DNA of 64,000 nucleotides from Eledone cirrhosa (taxonomy: Eukaryota): NCBI GenBank assembly GCA_964016885.1, contig OZ024745.1:87234001-87298000 (forward strand). The letters run 5' to 3'. Shown piece by piece: positions 1-15,478 of the stretch (the first letter of the stretch is position 1; the number at the start of each line of letters is the position of its first letter). The position numbers were made by a program, and so were the translations under genes. The notes beneath the pieces are model-generated. The model had not been told where the DNA came from and did not search any database. It saw nothing but the letters and a program-made list of their open reading frames with translations.

Positions 1-160
1 CCCCTACATGGACACACTAGAAGTGGAAGACCAAGGTTAACGTATGTTGATGCCCTAAGGACAGACACTGGTCTGTTGGAGACGCAGGACATGGCAGCGA
101 TAATGAGGGACAGAGACCGCTGGAGAGAACTCGTCCATGGATCTCGGGAATTTTACCCGC

Positions 161-163
<3 letters not shown>
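1..163 (+). mobile_element. 3' end of an RTE-type LINE ORF
   Basis: Frame 1 reads HGHTRSGRPRLTYVDALRTDTG...IMRDRDRWRELV, the GRP...D...DR..WR C-terminus of RTE-like LINEs. Followed by (TA)n. Confidence 0.7.
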
Positions 164-237
<74 letters not shown>

Positions 238-269
238 ATATAAATATATATATATATAAATACATAAAG

Positions 270-405
270 AGATTCCTGATGATTTCTAAAGAATTAAACA
301 GCTCCCGTCCTGTTGAATTTCATCTGTATTAAAACTTATATACAATGCTATGTATTGAGTACCTTACATACTGTGGTTACCTCCGATTCAACCTGGAATA
401 ACTTA
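270..405 (+). mobile_element. Short PLE pseudo-LTR remnant with decayed hammerhead
   Basis: CTGATGA...AAACAGCT..GTC followed by TGCTATGTATTGAGTAC. Homologous segment at about 40824-40945. Confidence 0.5.
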
Positions 406-419
406 CCTATATATATATA

Positions 420-2195
420 CGACAAATAGAAATACAACATCGAAATCAAACAAGTCACGCAGTAGAAAATATATTTGGTATAACCCCATATTTAACACCT
501 CTATTAGTACTAACCTACCCTCTACTTTCTTTAGAATAATAAATAGGCACTTTCCAGATTCACATAGATACAGCAAAATCCTTAACACTAAATCTATTAG
601 ACTATCCTACTCCACGGCACCAAATATAGAGGCAACATTATGATGCTTAACGCTAAAAAGATACATAACAACACCAAAACACAAATTTACAACAATAACA
701 ATACAATTACCACCGAACACAACAGAATATCTAATACACAACCACCCGCTAATAGGCAAACAAAACGTCACACACTTGTTCAGGCATCGCAGCCCACAAA
801 TAATGCCAAAGTTGCCCATAACAAGAAATGTAACTGCCACCTACCTGAAACCTGTCCATTACAAAATGAATGTATGCAGTCTAACCTGGTTTACCAATGC
901 ACAGTGGAATCAGACAACCAGAAATGGTATTACATCGGAGCGACTGGGAATACTTTTAAAGCTCGTTGGTATACACAACGTTACGCAATGAAACATTCCC
1001 AGCACCGTTATGTAACTACCCTTGCAAGCAAGACCTGGCAACTGAGGGAAAGTAACCATCAATACACCCTGAAGTGGAAAAAATTATCCAACGCGCCCCC
1101 ATATCGGAGTGGTATGAGAAGCTGTCGATTATGCGACCTTGAGCTGTTCCACATCTTAAGTTCGAAGAATAGGTTACTCAACAATAAAATTGAGAGATCA
1201 ATTTATTGTAACCATAGACTCAAAGAGAAGTTTTCGCACTACAAATCGAACCCTTAACCTCTTACTACCAACTGACAAACTGCATATACTTAGACTTTAT
1301 ACCCTCTTATATCTAAACCCTTTAATTACCCACAAAACCAATACATATATCCCCCTCTTCTCCCTCATTCCTCTTCTATTTCTTCGTTTTCTTCCTTCCT
1401 TCCCCCTTCTTGGCTATCTTTTCTTATCTTCTTTCTCACCCCCTTCTTTGCTTTTATTTTTGTCATTATTATCTTTATTTTTATTTTTTATATGTATATG
1501 TATATGTATGTGTGTATGTATATGTATGTATGTGTGTGTGTGTGTGTGTATATATATGTAAATATATATGTATATATATATATATATGTATATATATTTA
1601 TATCTTTATCATTTTCCCCCCTCTCTCTCCCTCTCTATCCCTCCCTCCCACTATTATCTCTTTAATTCTCTTTAACTCACTACACTCCACGACATGATGT
1701 CTGCTATCAAAACTGAAGAATCCTTCCACCTCTACCCCTCCCTCCATCTCAGTTTGTCATTCTACTTCCTACCACTTCCCCCTTCCTCTCTCTCTATACT
1801 ATGCCGTCTGGCCCCTCACCTCCTGATTCCTCTCTCTCTATACTAGTAAATACAATTACAAATAAATGTTTTTTCTCTATATATTAAGAATTATTTCAAG
1901 AGTAACTCACTATTTTGAAAATTTGGTCTGTGAACAACAATTATAATTGAGTGGCTGCTATTTGCAGTATAGCAATATAAGGTTGCACTTACCAATGAAA
2001 CGGTCGTAAATACCTGGATAAAATCCTTCTCTTAATGCTTACCTGTTTTTTCTCTTTTATACTTTATACTCCAAGATTGAACGGAATTCTTACAAACTTG
2101 TGGAGTTACCCCTAACCGTACGTTGAAACCATCTATGAAACTTGGTTTCCTAACCAAAAACTAGATCACAATAAGCAATTTTTTGCTTCTCTAAC

Positions 2196-2200
<5 letters not shown>
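420..2200 (+). mobile_element. 5'-truncated Penelope-like element (linker, GIY-YIG and 3' tail)
   Basis: RKYIWYNP...RHFP...IRLSYS near 461-638, a frameshift, then ORF 640-1257 CNC..CPL...LVYQC...YYIGATG..FKAR...CRLC...CNH. HHR motif in tail; bounded by (TA)n. Confidence 0.85.
1911..2012 (+). ncRNA. Hammerhead-like motif with U3-A8 core and long stem II
   Basis: tatt-TTGAAAA-tttggt...accaat-GAAAC-GGTC-GTA-aata. Confidence 0.5.
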
Positions 2201-2227
<27 letters not shown>

Positions 2228-2229
2228 CG

Positions 2230-2310
<81 letters not shown>

Positions 2311-2312
<2 letters not shown>

Positions 2313-2480
2313 CGGAGGAAATGTGGTAAGGAACCAGGTGGACCATAACGCACCAAAGTACTCAATACTAGTAGAGTGGATAATAGGAACCAGTAAGACC
2401 CCGACAGCTGAGCTCAAGCCGTTTCGAATTAGCCGTCGAAACGGCTTGAGCTCAGCTGTCGGGGTCTTACTGGTTCCTAT
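2311..2480. mobile_element. Short hairpin element in (TA)n (family also at about 21383-21450, 23601-23698, 39703-39833, 41684-41845, 56434-56613)
   Basis: About 45-bp perfect inverted repeat ATAGGAACC...GTTTCGA / TCGAAAC...GGTTCCTAT plus a one-sided tail. Carries the HHR 3' half GAAACGGC-TTGAGCTCA-GCTGTC. Confidence 0.75.
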
Positions 2481-2737
2481 ATATATATATATATATATAT
2501 ATATAAGTATGTATGTATACGTACATACAGATATGTATACAGACGTACAGTAGCATGCACACATATATATATATATATATTAATAAGAGGAACTCCAACC
2601 TTGTCCGACTCACTCGTTCCACCCACAATCCTTTAAAATATATAATGGTACTACATTTAAGTAAGTGCCGTACTAAGAGTGAGAAATAAAATTTTGTTTC
2701 ATTCTATTCTATTTATATATATATATATTTATATATT

Positions 2738-2862
<125 letters not shown>

Positions 2863-2945
2863 ATATATATATATTAATATATTTATATATATATTTATAT
2901 ATATTTATATATATATTTATATATATTTATATATATATTTATATA

Positions 2946-3032
<87 letters not shown>

Positions 3033-3047
3033 TTATATATATATATT

Positions 3048-3245
<198 letters not shown>

Positions 3246-4096
3246 TATATAGATTTGAAAATGTGTGTAATCCTTGGTACAGTTAGGTATATTAAGACAA
3301 TGGGGAAGAAAAAATGGCTTCACTTGTGCTTTCAACAAATTTATTTTCTTCACAAAATCCAAAAAGAATTTTTCTTAAAAAAAATTATTTTATAAATTAA
3401 GTTGTTGGTTGTTGGTTAGGTCTTAGGAGTTCTTGGTTAACGTAGGAGGTATTTTTTCGTTTTTAGAAAGACCTTTCACGCTGAGGTGCGCTTGTCAAAC
3501 TGATGTGTATGTAGTGTGTTGTTCTATATATAGGGATTTAACATGTCTGTGGTGTGGTGGGGGTTTCTTTTCTCCCTCTTTAATAAGTGCATGGGTGTAG
3601 GTGTGTTGAACAAGTGTTCATAGCAGTAATGAGTTGAGACGGTGAGTAGGGTTGGGTGGGGAGAAATGTAGCAAGTGCGGCCTGCCCCGGTCATTCTCGA
3701 AAAATTCCTTTATTCAGGGGAAAAAGCTTTTAGCATTGCTTTTGTGTTGAGAATGGTCACAGGCAAATCGCACCTGTCAAGTTTGTGAATAATTATTTTT
3801 TTCCCTTTTTTTCCTGAAGAATTTTTCTACGTCCATCCCAAAGTTAGTCCTTTGTTCAATACACACATATGTGCGCATATACGTACATACACACGCGGGC
3901 ATATGTAGGAATATATAGGCACACACCATCAATCACACACCCATGCACAAATACATCCACATACATACACAAAAACATATAGAGACACATATAAAAACAC
4001 ACATATACATACGTACACACACGAATATGTACTCATACCTCCACATGGGTATATATATATATATATACATACACATACACATACACACACGTGTAT

Positions 4097-4129
<33 letters not shown>

Positions 4130-4230
4130 TATGTCCGTATATATAGCCCTCCGTTCACACATACATGCATACACACACACACATACACACATACATCTAT
4201 ATATATATACACATATAAAGAGAGAGGCAT

Positions 4231-4293
<63 letters not shown>

Positions 4294-4396
4294 CATATAC
4301 ACATACATATATGTACACATAAACACATACAAACACATACACACATACACATACACGTACATATATATCCATATACACATATATACACATACATAT

Positions 4397-4474
<78 letters not shown>

Positions 4475-4866
4475 GTACACATACATATACACATACAAGT
4501 ACATACATACACACATACATACATACACATACATGTATACGTACATATATATATATATATATACATATATACATACATATATATATATATATACATATAT
4601 ATACACATACACACACATACATACACACATACATACATATATATATATGTGTGCGTACACACGAGCACATAAAGACACATATACACATACACATATATAT
4701 ACATATATATACATATATATACACATACATCTACACACATATACACAAACAGAAACATACACATATGTACACACATATATACATATATGCACATACATAC
4801 ACACACACACACATATATATAGGTACATAAACATACATACACACACACATAAACATGCATATCTAT

Positions 4867-4913
<47 letters not shown>

Positions 4914-4976
4914 TATATACAAACATACACATACATACATGTACATATACACATATATACACACATACACACATGC

Positions 4977-5027
<51 letters not shown>

Positions 5028-5229
5028 TACAAACATACACACATCCATACATATATGTATACACACACACACACACACCCATACACACACCCACATACAT
5101 ATATACCCACACGTACATACATCCATACATCCCTACACACACATATGTTCACTCAGATATTCATGTGTATACATAAGAAGAGGGGGGGGGGGGGTAGTGA
5201 AATGGAATTTTACCTCCGAGTGTTAATTC

Positions 5230-7557
5230 ATTTATTCGTGTTCAGTAGTGGTTTAAATTTTTCAATGAAGAATTCTTCTTTATATCTGCGGAAATGTTCG
5301 TTATCCGACTATATCTTGAAGAAAGGGAAGATTGTGAATTTTCCCTTCCCGCATGATGCAAAGTGTGCGCTACATGTGGTATTTCTGACTTTGGGGTCTT
5401 TAATCTGTTGTTTATGTACCCGGACTCTATCATATAATCCCATCCGGTTTCCCCAATGTAATACTCTTTACACTGTGGACATGTTGCGCAATATATTAGG
5501 TTTTTCGTTTTGCAGTTCATGTTAGCATTGACCTTGAAATTATCATGGTTTTTGAAGGACAACTGTTTGCCCTCTTCGATGAGTTCACAGGTTCCACATC
5601 TAGGGTCCCCGCATTTCGTCACTTGCATTGATTCCATGTTGGTCGTAAATTTTGCCTTGGTAATTAGTTTTTTAAGGTTGGGTGCTTGGCGTCTGCTATA
5701 AATTATTTGTGTGTTTTTTAAAAGTGCATTCATTTTGGTAGATTGCTGTAGAATCGGGAGATACTGCTTAGCAGTTTTCACAATGTTGATGTTCCCTGGG
5801 TTGTGAGTGATGACAAAAGAGATAGCAGGGTTTTCTTTTTTATGTTGTGGGTTTGGTTTTCTCAGTGTTGTTATTGGGATGTTCTTAGCCTTGGAGATGG
5901 CTGCGTTGATGAGTTTCATCGGGTATTCTTGTTTTTTAAGGAATTTTTTCAGGTCACATAATCTTTTTTCTTGTAGTACGGGGTGTGTTGCTATAGTGCA
6001 GATGCGCCTTGCCATGTTGAAGGGAATGTTCCTTTTCGTATGTGAGGGGTGTGCTGACCGGAAATTTAAGTATTGGTGTGTGTCAGTGGGTTTGCAAAAT
6101 AGGTCCGTTATGATATTTTCCCCTTCTTTAATGATGAGGATATCTAGAAAGGGCACTTTCTTTTCGTTACATTCCATAGTGAATTGTATGGCTTCATGAA
6201 GCCTGTTTAGGATCGAATAACATTTTTATAGGTCTGTTTGGCTTCTGTTCCAGAAGATGAAGCAGTCATCTAGGTAACGTTTCCAGTTTTTATTAATGTA
6301 GAAGGCGAAGTCGTGACTGAATGTTATCTGTAGTTGGGAATATAATTTTGCCTCCAAGTGACCCATAACGAGCGTTGCATATGTAGGGGCCACTTAGGTA
6401 CCCATGGCTGTTCCTTTTATTTGTAGATAAAGTTCGTTGTCAAAGAGGAAGTGGTTGTTTTCCAATACTAATTTAAGTCCTTCCAAGATGAATTCTTTGG
6501 GGAATCTTTCTGAGATGTGACTTGAGTGTTTTGTAATCCAGAAGTCCACAGCTTCAATCCCTAGGTCGTGTGGGATGTTAGTGTACAGGCTTATTACATC
6601 AAAACTGACCAGGATTGTATCCTGGTGTACTTTTTGGGGGATATAGTTAAGGAATTCCATACCATCTCTGATGTAGCTTGGAACTTTTTTACATAGGGGT
6701 TTGAGTATGACGTCTAATAGGTTGCTTAGACGTTGTGTGCTTGAGGCTGGGCCAGCAATAATGGGGCGTAATTTTAAGTCTGTCGGTTTTGGAGCTTCGA
6801 TGTATGATGTATTTTTCCCTTTTATATTGTTTTGGATTTCTATGGATTTGTGAATTTTTGGTAATCCATAGAATTTGCTGGTTTTCATTTCGAAGTTGGT
6901 TAGGTAATCTACTTCTTTTGGTGTTAGGTTGTTTTGGTACTTTGTTGTTAGTTTGCCTATTTGGTTCCTCGATTTCCTTTCTTCGTTTTTAGTGATTTTC
7001 CTGTAGAAGTTTTCGTCATTCAAGTGTGCTAGGAGCATATCTTTGTAGTGGTTTGTGTCCATGATGACGATTGCTCCACCTTTGTCCGTTTCTTTTATTA
7101 TTATTGAGGAATCTCTTTGTAGCTTGTGCAATGCTAGTAGTTGGTCTGTAGGGATGTTGCATTTGTGTTTCGTCTCGGCCGTATTTGTACGTGCTGATCG
7201 GCGAAGGCAGGTTATGTATTCCTCCAGGTATTTATCTCTATTTAGCGGGGGTGTGAAGTTCTTTTTGTTTTTCACCAGTGATTCTTCCTCGTATTGTACA
7301 CCCTGGAAGAATTCTCCTAAGCGTAATTTTCGACAGTATTCTTCTGTGTCTTTTATAACATCGGCTGTATCTGCTTTCGGAGTGGGAGTGAACTTCAGTC
7401 CATTTTCTAACAGTTGTATTTCTGGTTGTGTTAATTTCTTGGCTGATATATTGATTATTTTTGGTTCGATTGGTTCTTTCTCGTCAGGTGCCACTTGAAA
7501 GGTGGTGCTTTTTTCTTTTTTTCTTTCATTTGGTGCGAGGCCCCTAGTCCTAAAAAA
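5230..7557 (-). pseudogene. PLE RT/GIY-YIG polyprotein (disrupted)
   Basis: GLKFTPTP, DKGGAIV, YGLPKIHK, LRPII, FDVISLYTNIP, GTAMGT*, RYLDDC, KPTD..QYL..S.HP, CGDPRCGTC, LIYC..C..C..YYIGET. Stops at 6394 and near 6230; frameshift near 5443. Confidence 0.92.
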
Positions 7558-8078
7558 TGGGTGCCATTTGGGATAGGGGTGTTTCTGTTGTGGTGAAACC
7601 TTTGGCCCGCCGGAACTTCATGTCGGTAACTGGTTGGGCGATAGACTCTTGCGTGGCGGTTGCTGTATGGGGGTCTGGTTCTTCTGTTGATTCGTTCAGT
7701 ATTCATGTGTCTTTGATTTTGTCTCCGGTGATTGTTCTTGGTGTTATGGCAGTGGTTGTATCTGGTTCTGGTGTTGAGTATTGGGTCTGTATGTAGTTGT
7801 GTGTTACCCAATATCTGGTTGTTGTTGGTTTATTGTGTGTGGGTGCTTCATTTCTTGTGTTGTTGTATTTTCCTGAGTTCAGGGGTTTCCTATGGGTTTG
7901 TTTTCTGTGTTTTATTTGGTCTTTCCCATAGTTATCTTCATATTCTTGAAGCCATTGAGTTCTTGACTCCAAGATTTTCTTTGATTTTAACTGCTCTCTA
8001 GTTGTATCTGTCTGCCAAAAGTTAAGGAGTTTTTCACGTACATTTCCGCTGCTTCTTTTGTTTATTTCCTCTTGGATG
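7455..8078 (-). pseudogene. Upstream ORF1 remnant of the PLE (helical region, then low-complexity N/R/T/H tail)
   Basis: QEEINKRSSGNVREKLLNFWQTDTTREQL...WLQEYEDNY, a frameshift, then ORF 7455-7811 overlapping the start of the RT frame. Similar to 30635-31789. Confidence 0.65.
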
Positions 8079-8079
8079 G

Positions 8080-8415
8080 TTGTCCTTCAAAAACCATGAT
8101 AATTTCAAGGTCAATGCTAACATGAACTGCAAAACGAAAAACCTAATATATTGCGCAACATGTCCACAGTGTAAAGAGTATTACATTGGGGAAACCGGAA
8201 TGGGATTACATGATAGAGTCCGGGTACAAAAACAACAGATTAAAGACCCCACATTCAGAAATACCACATGTAGCGCACACTTTGCATCATGCGGGAAGGG
8301 AAAATTCACGATCTTCCCCTTCTTCAAGATATGGTCGGATAACGAACATTTCCGCAGATATAAAGAAGAATTCTTCATTAAAATATTTAAACCACTACTG
8401 AACACGAAAAAATGA
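8080..8415 (+). pseudogene. Inverted copy of the GIY-YIG domain
   Basis: [31 protein letters not shown]...HF...EEFFIKIFKPLLN; lacks the frameshift present in the left copy. Confidence 0.9.
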
Positions 8416-8572
8416 ATTAACACTCGGAGGTAAAATTCCATTTCACTACCCCCCCTCTTCTTATGTATACACATGAATATCTGAGTGAACGGTGAGACAC
8501 ACACATATGTGTGTGTAGGGATGTATGGATGTATGTACGTGTGGGTATATATGTATGTGGGTGTGTATATGG

Positions 8573-8603
<31 letters not shown>

Positions 8604-8641
8604 CATATATGTATGGATGTGTGTATGTTTGTATGCGTGTG

Positions 8642-8678
<37 letters not shown>

Positions 8679-8741
8679 GCATGTGTGTATGTGTGTATAT
8701 ATGTGTATATGTACATGTATGTATGTGTATGTTTGTATATA

Positions 8742-8784
<43 letters not shown>

Positions 8785-9201
8785 ATAGATATGTATGTTT
8801 ATGTGTGTGTGTATGTATGTGTATGTACCTATATATATATATGTGTGTGTGTGTGTATGTATGTGCATATATGTATATATGCGTGTACATATGTGTATGT
8901 TTCTGTTTGTGTATATGTATGTATGTAGATGTATGTGTATATATATGTATATATATGTATATATATGTATATATATGTATATATATGTGTATGTGTATAT
9001 GTGTCTTTATGTGCTCGTGTGTACGCACACATATATATATATGTATGTATGTGTGTATGTATGTGTGTGTATGTGTATATATATGTATATATATATGTAT
9101 GTATATATGTATATATATATATATATATATATGTATGTACATGTATGTGTATGTATGTATGTGTGTATGTATGTACTTGTATGTGTATATGTATGTGTAT
9201 G

Positions 9202-9254
<53 letters not shown>

Positions 9255-9397
9255 ATATATATATGTGTATATGTATGTGTATATATATGTATATGGATAT
9301 ATATGTATGTGTATGTGTATGTGTATATGTGTGTATGTGTTTGTATGTGTTTATGTGTACATATATGTATGTGTATATGTATGTATATATATATATT

Positions 9398-9435
<38 letters not shown>

Positions 9436-9753
9436 CATGCCTCTCTCTTTATATGTGTATATATATATAGATGTATGTGTGTATGTGTGTGTGTATGCAT
9501 GTATGTGTGAACGGAGTGGTATACGGACATATGTATATGTGTGTGTGTGTGTGTGTGTATACACGTGCGTGTGTGTGTGTGTGAGTATGTGTGCGTGTAT
9601 GTGTATATATGTATATTTAGTTATGTATCTTTATGTGTGTATATGTACGTATATGTATGTATGTATATGTATGTATATATGTATATATATATGTGTGTGT
9701 GTATATATATATGTATGTGTGTGTGTATATGTGTGTGTATGTGTATATGTATG

Positions 9754-9785
<32 letters not shown>

Positions 9786-10582
9786 TGTATGTGTGTATGT
9801 GTATGTGTATGTATATATATATATATACCCATGTGGATGTATGAGTACATATTCGTGTGTGTACGTATGTATATGTGTGTTTTTATATGTGTCTCTATAT
9901 GTTTTTGTGTATGTATGTGGATGTATTTGTGCATGGGTGTGTGATTGATGGTGTGTGCCTATATATTCCTACATATTCCCGTGTGTGTATGTACGTATAT
10001 GCGCACATATGTGTGTGTTGAACAAAGGACTAACTTTGGGATGGACGTAGAAAAATTCTTCAGGAAAAAAAGGGAAAAAAATAATTATTCACAAACTTGA
10101 CAGGTGCGATTTGCCTGTGACCATTCTCAACACAAAAGCAATGCTAAAAGCTTTTTCCCCTGAATAAAGGAATTTTTCGAGAATGACCGGGGCAGGCCGC
10201 ACTTGCTACATTTCTCCCCACCCAACCCTACTCACCGTCTCAACTCATTACTGCTATGAACACTTTTTCAACACACCTACACCCATGCACTTATTAAAGG
10301 GGGAGAAAAGAAACCCCACCACACCACAGGCATGTTAAATCCCTATATATAGAACAACACACCACATACACATCAGTTTGACAAGCGCACCTCAGCGTGA
10401 AAGGTCTTTCTAAAAACGAAACAATACCTCCTACGTTAACCAAGAACTCCTAATACCTAACCAACAACCAACAACTTAATTTATAAAATAATTTTTTTTA
10501 AGAAAAATTCTTTTTGGATTTTGTGAAGAAAATAAATTTGTTAAAAGCACAAGTGAAGCCATTTTTTCTTCCCCCCTGTCTT

Positions 10583-10640
<58 letters not shown>

Positions 10641-10642
<2 letters not shown>

Positions 10643-12487
10643 GGAAAAATTTGAACAGGGACAAAACAGAGAGGCAGTACAATAAATGTTTATTAATTTC
10701 ACGCTCAGGAGAGTGGGGGGTAGGTGGGGGACGACGTTTCGGGCATAAGCCCTTCCTCAGGTGAGAAGTGTGTGGGAACAGAGTTCAAAAGGTGTGTAGG
10801 GGAGTGGTGGAGAGACATATAGCGAAAGGAAACGGTGCGAATGAAAAAATAACAAATAAAGTTAAAAGATAAAAATAAAGCATGATCAAAATACAAGGAA
10901 TGAAAAAATTTAAAAATAAAGGCATGGTCAAAATAAACTGAAATTAAAAGGGGGGTAAACAGTTGGTGGAAGGGTGTGGAGTGAGTAGGGGTGGTGGCGG
11001 GTGGAGTGGGGAGAGGGAGACGGGGTGTCCGAGCGGGGAGGGCTGAAGGTGGTGTGTGTGTGTAGGTGTGCGTGTGTGTGTGTGTGTGTGTATGTGAAAG
11101 TAAGGGTTGGGGGAAGAACGGGGTTGCATGTTCAGGAAGAGGTGTGTGTGGGGGGTGATTTTGTGGGTCGGAGTGTCTGTGCGTGTGTGGATAGAGGGGG
11201 TGGGGGGAGAGGAATCAGGAGGCTGAGGGTGTAAATATGTGGTGGGAAGCACGTGTGTGTGGGGTTTAAGCGTGTTGTGGGTGTGGGTGGCGTGTGGAGA
11301 ACAATTTTTTTTGGGGTGTGTGTGTGGGTGAGTTATATGGGTGATTACGTAAGAGGATGGTTGAAAAGTTGGTAAGTTCCAAGGGTGTTTAGTGGATGGG
11401 TTGTAAGTCAATATCTGCGTGTGGGTAATCCATGAAGCGGTGGTCGGAAGAGGAGAGATGTGAGGTGCGCGCGCAACAGGAAGTGGTCAGCAGTGGGAGT
11501 GCTGTGGTCTGTTAGTGGGGCGAGGTGGTCAGAGGGCATAGCAGCAGTCGGTGGAATGGTAAGGGGGCGAGGATGGGTAGGTGTGAAAGTTGGAGTGAGG
11601 AGGGTGTGTGTGTGTGTGTGGGGGGGGGGGGGTGTTAGTGATGTTAGTTGCGTGTGGGGTGGGTGGTGTAAGTGGGTGCGTGTGTTCGTGTGCTTGGGGT
11701 TAGGGGGTGTTAGTGAGGTTAGTTGCGGGGTGGTGGGATGGAGGTGTGGGGGTGAGAGGTGTGGTAATAGGGTGTGTGTTTAGTGTGAGCGCGTGTATAT
11801 ATGTGCCGGTGGGTGTGTGCGTGTGATAAGGAGGGGGGAGAAGAGGGGAGGGAAGGGATGTTAGTATGTTAGTTGGGGAAGGGTGGTCAGATGAGGGGTG
11901 GAGTGGAGGTGTTAGTATTATTAGTGTGGGGTGGGCGGTGAAAAGGAGGGGTGTGTTAGTGGTGTTAATGGGGGATAAGTGTGGGGGGAGGGGGGCGGTC
12001 GAACGCTAAAGGAATAAGGGTGGGGAGTTCAGGCCGGGGGGAGTGTGGGTCTGTAAGATGAAGATAGTTCGTTGTTCGACCGTAAGGCGATGGGCGGGTG
12101 TTCCGTGGCACTGGAGTAGGCCACAGACTGTGAGATGGCGTGCGGAGTGTCCAGGGCCACCAAAGTGGCGGGCGATGGGGGAACTGCCCCCGAGACGAAT
12201 ATCCCGGAGGTGCTGCGTGACTCGGTCCGCCAGGCGACGTCCCGTCTGTTCGACATAACTCGTAGACTAGGTTGGAGGAGGTGCAGCGGAAAGCATGCCG
12301 GACCGAGAGAGAGTGGCCGTTGGGACCCTGGAAGGTGGTGGTGTTGGTGATGTGGGGACCGGTGTTGCAGCGGGGCCTAGAACAGGGAAAGGAACCGGGG
12401 GGGGGGACAGAGCGTGGGATGGGGGGTAGGGAGCTGTGGACGAGGAAGGTGCGGAGATTGCGTGCGCGTTTGAAGGAGGGGAGTGGT
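10641..12487 (-). mobile_element. 5'-truncated GC-rich Neptune-like PLE (same family as 46288-49672)
   Basis: Near-identical to 46288-48385. Linker PCSRPRCNT and EN remnant FRCTSSNLVY...QTGRRLADR. In (TA)n. Confidence 0.85.
10730..10765 (-). ncRNA. Minimal hammerhead motif (second copy about 46376-46411)
   Basis: cac-CTGAGGA-a-gggc-ttat-gccc-GAAAC-GTC; stem I imperfect. Confidence 0.6.
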
Positions 12488-12503
12488 ATATATATATATA
12501 TAC

Positions 12504-12542
<39 letters not shown>

Positions 12543-12543
12543 A

Positions 12544-12586
<43 letters not shown>

Positions 12587-12675
12587 TATATATATATCTA
12601 AATATATATATATATCTATCTAAATATATATATATATATATCTAAATATATATATATATATATCTAAATATATAT

Positions 12676-15047
<2,372 letters not shown>

Positions 15048-15049
<2 letters not shown>

Positions 15050-15370
15050 GTAGGGGGTGAGTTTTACTGTAGTACAATAAAGCATGTTGATTTAAGACTG
15101 CACTATTCACAAGTGTGTTTTAACCTTCATATCATGTCTCCCTATTTTATCTGATGAAAACGCAAACGTTATTGCATGATGATGTTCGTTTCTGAAATGC
15201 GCATAATAAAATACATGGAACTCTTTTAACCATCTTTTGATCTTATATACACTTTAGTTCACGTTGCTCCTTCTACCTGGAGTTGCGACCGATAGATAGT
15301 ATTAGCAATTGGAAAGACCAACGGAAACATTGTTCCCTCGGTCCGATTTGACGAAAGTCGATCGTTCTTT
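15048..15370 (+). mobile_element. Short non-coding PLE derivative with HHR (related copy 22065-22370 on - strand)
   Basis: attttat-CTGATGA-aaacg...-GAAA-TGCGC-ATA-ataaaat at 15144-15212; bounded by (TA)n on the left. Confidence 0.7.
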
Positions 15371-15396
15371 AATATATATATGAATATATATATATT

Positions 15397-15478
<82 letters not shown>

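Larger units (their letters stand above)
3253..10585 (-). mobile_element. Neptune-like PLE with inverted duplication of its 3' end
   Basis: Coding region on - strand. Arms 3291-5563 and 8079-10585 are reverse complements. Flanked by (TA)n on both sides. Confidence 0.93.

Noticed and set aside
638-645. In-frame TGA in a PLE, suggesting selenocysteine as in Naiad elements
   Set aside because: The homologous sequence continues in another frame (simple frameshift), the TGA is not at a Cys position, and the domain order is C-terminal EN.
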